Assembly: GCF_006345805.1 (NCBI RefSeq)
Contig: NC_043021.1
Coordinates: 13,764,001 to 13,828,000, forward strand
Reading direction: 5' to 3'
Length of the DNA: 64,000 nt
DNA from: Octopus sinensis
Taxonomy: Eukaryota
Under the pieces are notes generated by a model that did not search any database, was not told the DNA's origin, and was given only the letters and a program-made list of their open reading frames with translations. Numbering within the stretch: position 1 is the stretch's first letter; every line of letters starts with the position of its first letter. A program made the position numbers and the translations under genes. Below are positions 14,151 to 26,274 of the stretch, one piece after another.

Positions 14151-14893
14151 TTTCTTTTGGTCCTTCCCTCCCTCTTGTTTCTCTCATTTTTTCCTTCTTT
14201 TTTGCTCTCTCTCCCCTTTCTTCTCTCTTGCTCCTTCCTTCCCTTATGCTCCTTCCCTCTTGCTCCATCTTTCCCTTCTATTCCTTCCTTCCTTCCCTGT
14301 CACTCCTCCCTTCTCACTCTTTGTTTCATTCCCACTCTTTCTTTCTCATTCCTTCACTCTTTTCCCTTCTTTTCCTCTTACTCATTCCTTCATCCCTTTA
14401 TCCTTCCATCTGCATCATTCCTTCAAACCACCTTGTCTTCAATCCTTCATATTCCCTTTAAGTAAATTATTAACATACTCTGTGTGTGTGTGTGTGTGTG
14501 TGTGAAAGAGAAAGAGTGTATGTGTATGTCAGTTTGTGTGAATGAAAGAGAGTGTGTGTATGTGTGATAGAACCTGATATAGAGGGGGAGGGGTGAAAGA
14601 TAAAATCTGTTTATTGATTTAGGTTTTCGTACACAACTGATGTTTTACTGAGCACTGCAGCACCACCGCCACCACTACCAATGCCACAAGTACCATCACC
14701 ACAACTTTCAACACAGATACTGATACCACCGTTACTACCACCAATACAGTTATCAATAGTTACATAGTTACCACTTCTACTACCACTAATGCAGTTGGTG
14801 CTAGTTCTACAACCAAAACAACTACACCTTGTACCACCACCACCACTACTACCACACAGCTTTCAATACTAACACAGTTACCACTACAATTAC

Positions 14894-14928
<35 letters not shown>

Positions 14929-16689
14929 ACACCAGTTGTTGCTAGTACTACAGCCATGGTACTTCTATCAGCAGCACCATCACTATACTACAACACCAAC
15001 AATTACCACTACCATTGCTATTATCAATACATACCAGTGTCACTTTCATGACCACCACAATCTAAATAGCCACAAATAGCATGGCTGCTAACCACCACCA
15101 CCACCACCACCACCACCACCACCACCGCTACCATTATCACTGCCATCATCACCATCATAATTGCCACCACCACCACCACCATCATCATCACCATCAATAA
15201 TATGGAATGGCTATAAAAAAACCCATTCTATATTGGTTTGTTACCACATTTTTCTCTCTCGCTTTCTCTGTTTTGTAATTTCTATCTCTCTCTCCCCTTT
15301 GCACTCTCCATTTCTCTCTCATTCTCTATTTCTTTTTTTTTTTACACACACATACACACTTCTTTCTCTCTCTCTCTCTCTCTGCCTTTCCATATCTCTC
15401 TTTCCATTTCACTGTCTCCATATCTCTCTCTCTTGCTATCTCTTTGCATCTCTCCCTCATACATCACTGTCTCTCATATCTCTCTCTCCTACATCTCTCT
15501 CTCTTATTCATCTCTCTCTTTGTCATACATCACTCTCTCTCGTATCTCTCTCTCATACATCTCTCTTTCTCATACATCTCTCTCTTCTCTGTTCCTTCCC
15601 CATCTCTCTCTATTCTTATCTCTCTCTCTCATTCAACATTTTCATCTTTCACAATTTTTTTAATGCCAAAATCTTATTTTATATTTCTTTGTTGTTGTTG
15701 TTAAAAGACTATTTGATGTTACTGTGTTAGTTTACAGCTATCTTTAAACACTCACTGCATCTACATACACATACACACATTCACATACAAGCACACATGG
15801 ACATACAAACATACACATATATACATACACACACACACACACACATTTACAAACATACTCATATACATACAAACCTACACACATACATAGATATTTGCAC
15901 ATATATACAGGGCCACATAAAAACAAGCAAGCATACATACATATATATACACACACATATGCACATATACACATGCATGCATGTATGTATGTGTGTGTGT
16001 GTATATATATATATATGTATGTATATATATATATATTTATATATATATATTATTTTCGTAAACCTTCCCATTATATATATATATATATATATATATGCAT
16101 GTATATATATATAGATATACACACACACATACATACACACATGCGAATGATCACCCTAATTTTCATTTCATGCAGGCGTATTTATGCATAGACACAGATG
16201 CATGTGCAAATTTATCTACACACGCCCATTTAATAATTTTCTTATCCAATACACACACATACACACCCATGTGCACAAGCATGTGCGCACATGCATCCAT
16301 CAACACACACTTGTCTACCAACATACAAATGCTCACACCTATGTTAAAAAAAAATTTCCCTCCCACTGCATTATACATACACACATACATACACACACAG
16401 TATGAAGACTAATTCTCTATAATTTTCTAAAATCTTCATATTTCATTCCTTTAATTTCTTGACTAATTCAAAGTATCTTCACTGCTATTACTATCACCAT
16501 CATCACGAACACTGCTACCCCCTCCACCACTACCACCATCATCAACATCATCAGCCTCTGCCTATAATATTATTTCTGCTATGGTCCGGTCAACATGTAA
16601 CATTTTAAATATGGAACGCAATTGAAGGCGTATATATATATTGAAGATATATATATATATATATATGTATATGTATGCATGTATAGATT

Positions 16690-17000
16690 AGTTATTGGAT
16701 TTATTAGAATCTAGGTACATCAACATGTGGGATGCCAAAACTGGCAAGGTACAATAACATAGGGGTGACTGTGAGGTAAAACAACCATGAAGGTATCATA
16801 TGTTGCTAGGATACTGTAAATATTTAAGTATCAAATCCTTATCTGAAGCTGGTTAGCATCATCAAGGTATTATCTCACCTGTTTGTACCAGTTTAAAATT
16901 TTACCTGAAGATGGTGGATTGTATGCTATGATGTAATCTATGAATACATCAATAAAATCCTATCGAAACAGCTGTTGTAAATTTTAATCCCCATTATGTT
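16690..17000 (+). mobile_element. Probable Penelope-like element terminal-repeat remnant carrying the hammerhead motif
   Basis: Unique-looking block set between (TA)n tracts that ends in a PLE-style minimal hammerhead. No ORF recognised. Confidence 0.4.
16893..16987 (+). ncRNA. Minimal type-I hammerhead ribozyme motif (Penelope-like-element type)
   Basis: Stem I TTAAAATTTTAC/GTAAATTTTAA, core CTGAAGA-T (16905-16912), long stem II GGTGGATT/AATCCTATC, GAAA (16965-16968), palindromic stem III AACAGCTGTT. Predicted GUU cleavage after 16976. Confidence 0.7.
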
Positions 17001-17070
17001 CTTTATGTGTGTATGTATGTAATTATGTATGCATGTACACACATGTATATATATATATATTATACATATA

Positions 17071-17108
<38 letters not shown>

Positions 17109-17689
17109 ACATCATCATCACCGTTTAACGTCCGTTCTCCATGCTAGCATGGGTTGGACGGTTCGACCAGGGATCTGGGAAGCCAGAAGGCTGCACCAGG
17201 CTCCAGTCCGATCTGGGAGTGTTTCTACAGCTGGATGCCCTTCCTAACACCAACCACTCCGTGAGTGTTTCGGGTGCTTTTTACGTGCCAGACGTGTCTG
17301 GCAGTGGCCATGATCGGATTGGTGCTTTTTACGTGCCACCGGCACAGAAGCCAGTCGAGGCGGCGCTGGCATCGGCCACGTTCAGATGGTGCTTTTTACG
17401 TGCCACACATATATATATATTAGATTAGAGGTTCTTCTCAAGCCATAGGCTCATAAGGCCAATTTCCTGGATTCTGTGGTCTATATATTTCCCCTAGATG
17501 GGACTCCAGTCTGTTGTAGGATTTACTCATTTTTGCCAGCTGAGTAAACTGGAAGCAACATCAAATGAAGTGTTTTGCTCAAGAACACAATGCAGTGCTC
17601 AGTCCAGGAATTGAAACCACAGTCATATGATCACGAGTGTAACACCCTAATCACTAAGCCATGTGCCTCAACACATGCACACATACATA

Positions 17690-17814
17690 TACAGGCGTGG
17701 CTCTGTGGTTGAAAAGCTTACTCACTGTGTGATACCTTGGGAAAGTGTCTACAACTATAGCCTTGGGCTGATGAAAGCCTCTTGGATTTGGAAGATAGAA
17801 ACTGAAAGAAGTCC

Positions 17815-17888
<74 letters not shown>

Positions 17889-18100
17889 GTGCCTGTGTTT
17901 GTCCCCAATCTGACTTGACAACCAGCGCTGGTTTGTTTATGTCCCCCATAACTTAGCAAATCAGCGAAACGATTGAGAGAAGAATTTGCAGGCTTGAAAA
18001 GAAGACAAGTTCTGGTGTGAATTTGTTGACTAAACTCCCCAAAGCAGAGCCTCATGGCTACAGTCTAATGGCTTGAACAAATAATAGATAAAAGTAAGAA
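17690..18100 (+). mobile_element. Family A SINE
   Basis: Same head, CORE and tail as 12540-12905. Confidence 0.8.
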
Positions 18101-18144
18101 TATATATATATATATTATATATATATATATTATATATATATATA

Positions 18145-18484
18145 TTTTTATTGTTTCAGTCATTTGACTGTAGCCATGCTGGAGCACCGCCTTTAGTCGA
18201 ACAAATCAACCCCAGGACTTATTTTTTGTAAGCCTAGTACTTGTTCTATTGGTCTACTAGGTTACGGGGACATAAACACACCAGCATCGATTACCAAGCG
18301 ATGTTGGCGGGGACAAATACACACATACACACACATATGCATACATGATGGGCTTCTTTCAGTTTCACAAGCCTTTGGTTGGCCCGAGGCTATAGTAGAA
18401 GACACTTGCCCAAGATGCCACACAGTGGGACTGAACCCAGAACCATGTGGTAAGCAAGCTACTTACTACACAGCCATTCCTGCA

Positions 18485-18490
<6 letters not shown>
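18145..18490 (-). mobile_element. Family A SINE, inverted
   Basis: Reverse complement of the family A sequence. Confidence 0.8.
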
Positions 18491-18523
<33 letters not shown>

Positions 18524-18539
18524 ATGATGATGATGATAA

Positions 18540-18670
18540 TAGTTCAAATTTATAGAAAAACAAAAGATGAAGACAAGTGTAGGAACAACAAGTAAGTTTA
18601 ACGCTTGGGAAGATGGAAAAGTCTTTTACGTTTTGAGCCTATGATCTTTGACAGAAAGGAAGAAAGGAAT
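18540..18670 (-). mobile_element. Short Penelope-like repeat with decayed hammerhead motif (family copy 2)
   Basis: Homologous to 20280-20420. Minus strand reads CTGTCAA-A-GATC-atag-GCTC-AAAA-CGTA-aaagac. Confidence 0.5.
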
Positions 18671-18685
18671 ATATATATATATATG

Positions 18686-19050
18686 TAGGCACAGGTGTGG
18701 CAGTGTGGTAAGAAGTTTGCTTCTCAACCACATGGTTCAGGGTTCAGTCCCACTGCATGGCACCTTGAGCTGACCAAATCTTTGTGAATGGATTTAACTG
18801 TTGGAAACTGAAAGAAGCTCAATACGTACATATATGTGTGTGTGTGTGTGTGTGTGTGCATGTGTGTATTTCTGTGTCTGTTCCCCCCCCTCCACTTGAC
18901 AACTGGTGTTTGTGTCCCTGTAACTTAGTGGTTCAGCAAAAGTGACTGATAAAATAAGTTCCAGGCTTTAAAAAAAAGCACTAGGACCGCTTTGTTTGAC
19001 TAGAATTCTTCAAGGTGGTGCCCCCACATGGCCACAGTCTAATGGCTAGA
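18686..19050 (+). mobile_element. Family A SINE
   Basis: Same head, CORE and tail. Confidence 0.8.
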
Positions 19051-19360
19051 AAATTCCTTTAGTGTTGACTGTCAAAATTCCTCATATCAAAACTCTCTGA
19101 TCATAACTTGTCTGATGACCCCGAGAACCCACAAAGTTGTAAGAGATTGATTCAACCAATATAAAGATAATGTGTGTGTGTGTGCGTGTGATTTGTAACA
19201 CAATTAACCATTAATGAAGGATATGTGTATATTGTGTCTTTGATTTTGTTCTATAGTTTATATGGCATTTATATTATTCATAAGACAATTAACTGAGAGC
19301 TAAATATTTGAAGTTAAGTATGTGTGGGTGTATGTATGTTATGTGCTTGTATAATATTGT

Positions 19361-19374
<14 letters not shown>

Positions 19375-19395
<21 letters not shown>

Positions 19396-20206
19396 GTATA
19401 TATAATTTCAATACTATGCAAATAATTCACGAAAAAATAACTTGCGAACATATCATTGACTCTGTCATTATCTAGTGTAACAATTAAAAATGATAACAGA
19501 ATCAATAATATAGGCTATTGCGGGCCCCCAGAAGGCATTAAATAGCTGAAAGATTAAAATTAATCAAAGGACATATTGCTGGAAATAACAGTAAAAACTC
19601 TTATTTAGATTGCCAAAATACATTGATAATAACTACAAAAACCAACCATCCAAAGGCAAAACCGGCTATGACAATCTCTCAGCATACATTCAAGTATTTG
19701 GACTCACATGGACCGGTTTCTACACTGGCATAATAGCCTCAACTTCCTCAACATGCGTTACCATGATTATATATATATGTGTGTGTGTGTGTGTGTTGTA
19801 TATATATATATATATATTATATATATATATATCTGTATATATAATTTCAATACTATGCAAATAATTCACGAAAAAATAACTTGCGAACATATCATTGACT
19901 CTGTCATTATCTAGTGTAACAATTAAAAATGATAACAGAATCAATAATATAGGCTATTGCGGGCCCCCAGAAGGCATTAAATAGCTGAAAGATTAAAATT
20001 AATCAAAGGACATATTGCTGGAAATAACAGTAAAAACTCTTATTTAGATTGCCAAAATACATTGATAATAACTACAAAAACCAACCATCCAAAGGCAAAA
20101 CCGGCTATGACAATCTCTCAGCATACATTCAAGTATTTGGACTCACATGGACCGGTTTCTACACTGGCATAATAGCCTCAACTTCCTCAACATGCGTTAC
20201 CATGAT

Positions 20207-20270
<64 letters not shown>
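19375..20270. repeat. Tandem duplication, period 439 bp
   Basis: Identical ORFs start at 19610 and 20049; the units differ only in microsatellite length. Confidence 0.9.
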
Positions 20271-20275
<5 letters not shown>

Positions 20276-20279
20276 AGAA

Positions 20280-20420
20280 TTCATAAAGAAACAAAAGACG
20301 AAGACAGGTGGTGTAGATAACAAACAGATGTATTAGTATAATGCTTGGGAAGTGAAAAAGTCTTTAACTTTTCGAGCCAACGCTCTTCCTCAGAAAGAAA
20401 CAAGGAGAGAAAATAAAGAA
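20280..20420 (-). mobile_element. Short Penelope-like repeat with hammerhead motif (family copy 1)
   Basis: Minus strand reads tcttt-CTGAGGA-A-GAGC-gttg-GCTC-GAAA-aGTT-aaaga. Homologous to 2430-2580 and 18540-18670 and adjacent to (TA)n. Confidence 0.6.
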
Positions 20421-20479
20421 TATATGCGTGGTGAAATGAAAGTGGCACTCAACACATTTGGTAGGAGTCACACATATTA

Positions 20480-21095
20480 TTTGTGGTGTTGAGTCAAAAG
20501 TTTCGCAATGTCTTGTTAACTTATTTGTTTTATTTATCAAGTCTCAACAAAAGCACCCTAGCATTCAAAGTAGAGGCCATCGTGTTGCTTTGTCTGAAGC
20601 CACATTTCTGCCAGTTCTTTGATTCTACACTGTTACCAGTTCTTGTCGTCTGAGGCAAGGAACTCCTTCACCGAACCTTCTATCTTCTCTTGGTTGATGA
20701 AGCACCATGAGTGCACAAAGTGAGCCATGGCTCAGAACAAGTAATATTCCAATATTTTCCGCAATCCTAATGGGCATGGGCATAAGCAGTGGTCAAGCAA
20801 GGGCCAGCTTCCAGAATCTTGTCACCAAACAGGTGTTTCCAAGACAAGGTGATGCTCTGCATCTGGTGGAATTATGAGGAGCTAATTTACTGTGAGTTTG
20901 TTCTGGATTGGTCAAACCACCAGTGCCAACCTGTACTCTAAAGAACTGGAGTGGATGTATGCCATTGCGCAGCAAAAACACCTGGCAAGACCTCATGCTG
21001 CTCAGACAGCCTGGAATAAATTCCCAGAACAAGTAATAATGAGAGGGAGCCAGGTCTAGACTATATGCTGAGTGTGGCATCAGGTCAATTCCATC
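20480..21095 (-). pseudogene. Rearranged mariner (DD34D) transposase remnant
   Basis: Minus strand gives PHSAYSLDLAPSHYYLF, then EFLAS...KELAEMWLQTKQHDGLYFE. A plus-strand insert gives KVMLCIWWNYEE...ANLYSKEL and ARPHAAQTAWNK. Confidence 0.85.
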
Positions 21096-22229
21096 AAGTT
21101 CCTGGTGTTAGGATGTTGTAGTTTTTTGGGGTGTTATAAATGTGTCTGGATTGGGTAGAAGAAATAGTGTTGATAGGCTGGTTTTATAGTAGTGTTTTGA
21201 GGTTGTGTTGTGGGTGCGTCTGGAGTAAATGCCATCCCTTTAAATGCAGAGTTCAAATCCCACCAAATTCATTTTTTTTTCTTTGGTTGTTTCATCCTTT
21301 TGGCATAGGGGTTGAGATAGGAACAGAGCACTTTCAATTCAATCAAAGCGAATCTGTTTCTTCTGCAAATACATAATTATGTTATTGATGTTAGAAAAAC
21401 TTTTTGTTGTAAAGAAGAACTGGTAGAGCAACAAAATAAATACCCTCTGATATTTTTGTTGATGTGTCATGTCCTGTTCTGAATTTAAAATCCTGTTGAG
21501 GATGACTTTGTCTTTCATAGTCCTTTTGGGGGTTTTGATACAGTACCAGTCAAATACTGGTGGGTGTCAGTTTTTATTTATTGACTGTTCCTTTCTCTCT
21601 TCTCCAAATTCATGTCATGCCAATGTTAGAAACTCAAATTTGTCCTCCTCCTCTCCCTCAACCCCCTCCTCCTCTCCCTCTCTCCCCAATCCCCTCCTCC
21701 TCCTCCCTAACCTTAATTCCTTATCCAAATAAATGATTTATTAATCCATAATCCTTGATGTTTTGTCCCTAGTTTCAACTGTTGCAACTGATAGTGATGA
21801 TTTATGATGGTGGTGGTGGTGGTGGTAATGGTATGTTTAACCCCCCCACCCCCACCCCGATAGTGCTGTTGTTGCTGTTGTTAAATAAACAAGGGAGGGT
21901 GGTATATGTCTAGATTAACTGACCCAAATAGTTCAAACTCTATCTTTCCAACCCACTCCCTGGACAACCCTTGGACTTACACCACTCTTGTCTTTTCTAA
22001 CATTCCTCTCTATCTTACTATTTATAGATAGCCACACATGCACACACACATGAACACACACACACACACACTTGTATTCACATTCATAGTTCCTGTATGT
22101 ACAGACACAACATTCACACACACACACACACACACATACACACAGAACAACAAAGCAATTGGAAAATAATTCTAGATGGTTTTTATTTTCTGGATTGCTT
22201 TGATCTTCACGCTCTTTTCCTCTCATGTA

Positions 22230-22284
<55 letters not shown>

Positions 22285-22699
22285 ATAGTATTTTTTATTG
22301 TTTTTTTTATGGTTTAGTTCAGGAGGAAGAAGAGCAACTCCCAAGACTATTTCCAGAGCCTCCATAATTGGTGAAAGAAAGCTACCCACAGATTGGGGAT
22401 GTGGCCCAAATACTCGACAGGCAATGGCCTCTACTAAATGCACCCAAGGCCAGCTATATGGGGGTGTTAAACGGGATAGCAAATTATATCTACCATACAA
22501 GAACAGGAATGCTCCTTGTGCCAGGCCTCCATACAGTTTCTGACCACCAGATTTCACTAACATGAAACCGCTGTGAAAGAAGTGGGAGACACCAGCCAAT
22601 AGTGATGTGTGGTTGGATTGAACTTGAAGCTTATTTAGTTCTGAAACAAACTCCCTAATCACACAGCCATACTTGTGGCCATTGCAGTTCACCCAATGA

Positions 22700-23620
22700 T
22701 GAACCATGTCTCATGCTGCTCACTTATTGATGATGGTTGCCTATGCTTGATGTAGATTAGTGGCTTACAACTATTTTTTTGCCTATGGACCCCTTTGATT
22801 CATATTTTACACAACTGGCCCCTTCCCTCCCCCTAGCTATTCAATGTTTAAAAAAAATCTTGTTGTGCTGCTGCTTTGATGTAGATCAGTTATGGACAAA
22901 CTGTAGCCCATGGGACTTTTTGAATGGCAAGCCTGAAGAAAAATTACCTCGAATTTCTCTACAGTGTGCAGCCTACCTAATGATGATCCATGTCTCATGT
23001 GGCTCACTTCTTGATAATGGGTTGCCTGTTTTTTTTTCTTATGCACCCTTTACAAGCCTAGTCAGGCTCATGGGCCCGGTTTCCCGGTTTCTGTGGTGTA
23101 TGTGTTCCCCCCAGCTAGACGGGATGCCAGTCCATTGCAGCATTACTCAAGAAACAGGAAGAAAGAGTGAGAGAAAGTTGGGGCGAAAGAGTACAGCAAG
23201 GGTCGCCACCACCCCCAGCTGGAGCCTCGTGGTGCTTTAGGTGTTTTCGTTCAATAAACACACACAACACCCGGTCTAGGAATTGAAACCACGATCCTCC
23301 AACTGCGAGTCTGCTGCCCTAACCATTGGGTCATTGCTCCTCAATGGTTGCCTGTGCTTGCTACATATTAGTGATTCTCATCCATTTTTTATCTATGAAC
23401 CCCACCTTGATTTCTGGACCCTCATAAGCATTTGATGTTTAAAAAAGTTATTATATTTTTAAAATTAAATATTATTAGGAATCATATAAAAATTTTAAAA
23501 AATATTTTGTGTATTGTAGACATATAACCAGTTTAGTGCACATAAATTTGAGCAAAAAAATCTTATGTGGATCCCCAAGGGTTATATAGATTCCTATTGT
23601 GAACCACTGATGTAGATATT
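22700..23620. mobile_element. Duplicated hAT-like MITE fragments with a nested SINE
   Basis: The catgtctcatg..gctcactt..gat.atggttgcct motif recurs at about 22705 and 22985. The right end resembles a hAT TIR (gtgaaccactg). Confidence 0.4.
23031..23340 (-). mobile_element. tRNA-derived SINE (family D) with target-site duplication
   Basis: Reverse complement of 11087-11400; flanked by aatgg(g)ttgcctg repeats at about 23016 and 23343. Confidence 0.85.
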
Positions 23621-24009
23621 CAGGTTCAAGGTTTACATACTATCAAACCAGTTGGCTACAGACAGATAATTTAGTTTCATTATCAGAGAACCCTAACTCA
23701 AAACCTTGTGTTCAATGAGTAACATGGAAATGTGTTGACTGAAGGCATTTATACATTAATCAATTAAAATGTGGTGGAAGGACCCAGGGTGGTTTTTTTT
23801 TTTTTTGAGATTCTTTTGGAATAAAAGTGTGTCTTATAATAATATCAATAATGAACTTGTTGTATATAGTGCTCAGGTGCACTGCAACTCATCAGAAAAA
23901 GTGGTCAAAACTGCATGAACAATACTCAGAATATGCACAAGAAGTGAATAGTGAAAAAGGTCTTTAAAAAAAAAGGGAAGAAAATGAAAGGGGGGGTAGG
24001 GGCAAGGTG

Positions 24010-24150
24010 AATTTCAAGAAGCATGGAAGTTTTGAAGGGTGTAGTGTCTCGGCTGCTAACAACTGATGCAGGTAGTTTATTTCCATGGTTGAGCAATTCT
24101 GACTGTGAAAAACATGTTTGCAAAAGTCATGGGTGCTGTGTTGTTTTTTT
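24010..24150 (-). mobile_element. CR1/L2 LINE tail fragment
   Basis: Minus strand FTVRIAQP-W-NKLPASVVSSRDTTPFKTSMLLEI with a frameshift; homologous to 29540-29614. Confidence 0.7.
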
Positions 24151-24899
24151 TTTTTTTTTTGTAAGCGTGTCCACAAGTGTTAGCCAAACGGAGCACTTGT
24201 AATGCCATCAAATATGGCATCTTTCCATTCGAGGAGGTTTGGACTTCTGTCAGTTGTTATTTATTATGACACTAAACACACCCAAGCTACACACACACAC
24301 ACACACACCACACACACACAGCCCTCCCTTGTCTTTCATGGTGTTGACAGTTCTGTCGACTTGTGGTTTGTCGAAATCCAACCTTTGCTTCACTCCACTG
24401 CACTGATCAATCGAGAATGTCATTGCAGGAGTTTGACCAGCAGTGTTGCACCACGGTGCATTTAATTAGGTTTCCATTTCATCCACTTCACTGAACTGCA
24501 TGGCACTGTTGCACTTATCTGCAAATATTTTATGCAGTGTGGCATTTCATGCATCATATTTCAATTTCGGTTTGTGTACTCTTCTACGTATGTATGTGTG
24601 TGTATGTATGTGTGCATGTATGTATACACATGTATATATGTGTGTATATGGCATAACAACAGCAACAACAAAGACTGTTGTATGTAGCAGTTGATGAAGG
24701 ATCACAGCAGGTGGTGAGACGCTGTGCTAGAACAGATCTGCGTAGCTCATACCAGTACAGGGGAGCTGTAATGTTCATGCAATTGAAATATGTGAAATAA
24801 CTAAGGCTTTTTTTGGCACTAAGCTTAGTCTAAGTAGAACTAGAAATTAAATGTGGTTTGCTAACATAATTCTCCAAGAACTCACCACCTATGCTATAC

Positions 24900-25135
24900 C
24901 TATTTCTTTACTACCCACTAGGGGCTAAACACAGAGAAGACAAACAAGGACAGACAAACCGATTAAGTCGATTATATTGACCCCAGTGCGTAACTGGTAC
25001 TTATTTAATCAACCCCAAAAGGATGGAAGGCAAAGTCGACCTCGACGGAATTTGAACTCGGAACATAGCGGCAGACGAAATACCGCTAAGCATCTCGTCC
25101 GGTGTGCTAACGTTTCTGCCAGCTTGCCGCCTATG
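24900..25135 (-). mobile_element. Family B SINE
   Basis: Homologous to 26275-26520. Confidence 0.85.
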
Positions 25136-25514
25136 CTATACCATTTGTGTGTGTGTGTGTGTGCATATGTATAAAAGTGTGTGTGTGTGTGTGCATATGT
25201 ATAAAAATGAGTGTGTATGTATATATCTTTTATCTTTTACTTGTTTCAGTCATTAGACTGTGGCCACGCTGGGGCACCTCTTTGTTCTCTTTATCTCTAA
25301 TTTGAGTTAACTTTGACTAACCACTTGCTTGGAAGTAAGATTGTGAAAGAAAACCTATTGTTTTGTTCATCGTCCTTTAAATCTTAAGAAGATCTTACAC
25401 ATTTTAATAATCCCAGATGTGATCATTCGTAGTGTAAGAATTAAAGATTTGCGTTCTCTCCCCAAGAACCCAAGTTCAGCCATCATACTTCACTTGAGAT
25501 GGGTTCGTAAACAT

Positions 25515-25690
25515 GAGGTGCATTCAAAAAGTATCCAACTTTATTTTTTCCTATCCAAACCAATGCTTTGTGAGCAAAATCCTTTGAGTGGGAAGTGATG
25601 TCACTCTTCCTGTGCATGTGTGAAAATCTTCGCACTGGTAAGCCACATCAGTTCCCTCAAAAGCACACCCTTCTGTCTTATAAAAGGACA
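25515..25690. mobile_element. Mariner-like terminal fragment
   Basis: Begins TGAGGTGCATTCAAAAAGTATCC, resembling a mariner TIR. Confidence 0.4.
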
Positions 25691-25947
25691 GGACACATTA
25701 TACAGTGTAGTCCTAATAATTTGGAATGGATATAGCTGGACTGGTTTTGAACATAGGTTGTCTTACTTCATCAGGTTTGACCTGCTGCTCAAAAACAACA
25801 ACAACAGCAATAACAACAGCAACCATCAGTATTATCTCTACCACTAACACCACTTTTGTCATCACCATCTTTATCACTTCCATTGTAACTAACTTTGCTA
25901 TAAGCAAGACCATGATTAGAACAATACCAATATTACTACCATCATTA

Positions 25948-26142
25948 TTAACCCATTAGCATTTAAACTGGTCATATCCGGCCAAAATATTGGACCCTTT
26001 CACCTATCCTACAATATCATTCTACAAATTAACAGTTACCTCATCAAAATCTCAAAGCTACAAGACAATGCCTGATTAGTTCAAAACAATGTGAATAAAT
26101 ATGGATTACATTTGACAGAGTAATCTGAATGCTATGGGGTTA
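25948..26142. mobile_element. piggyBac-like MITE (different family)
   Basis: TTAA-CCCATTAGCATT ... AATGCTATGGGG-TTAG inverted ends. Confidence 0.55.
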
Positions 26143-26274
26143 GTGCAGTGAGCTGGTAGAATCATTAGCATGTTGGGAAAAATGCTTAGCAGCATATTGT
26201 CCTTCTTTACATTCTGAGTTCAAATTTCACTGAGGTTGATTTTGTCTTTCATCCTTTCAGGGTCGATAAAAAAG

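Noticed and set aside
188-16412. Many ORFs rich in Thr/His/Ile, YI/CV/TH or LS
   Set aside because: Translations of (CCA)n, (CAT)n, (TA)n, (CA)n and (CT)n repeats; the same applies throughout the window.
19105-19150. CTGATGACC...AAAGTTGTAAGAG, reminiscent of a PLE hammerhead
   Set aside because: Stem II is unpaired and GAAA is not intact.
23860-23900. Minus-strand CTGATGA followed by a good GTTG/CAAC stem
   Set aside because: GAAA, stem III and stem I are absent.
25735-25785. Minus-strand CTGATGAAG...CAAAACCAGTC, possibly a decayed CGAAACCGGTC hammerhead
   Set aside because: No stem I pairing and poor stem II; insufficient support.
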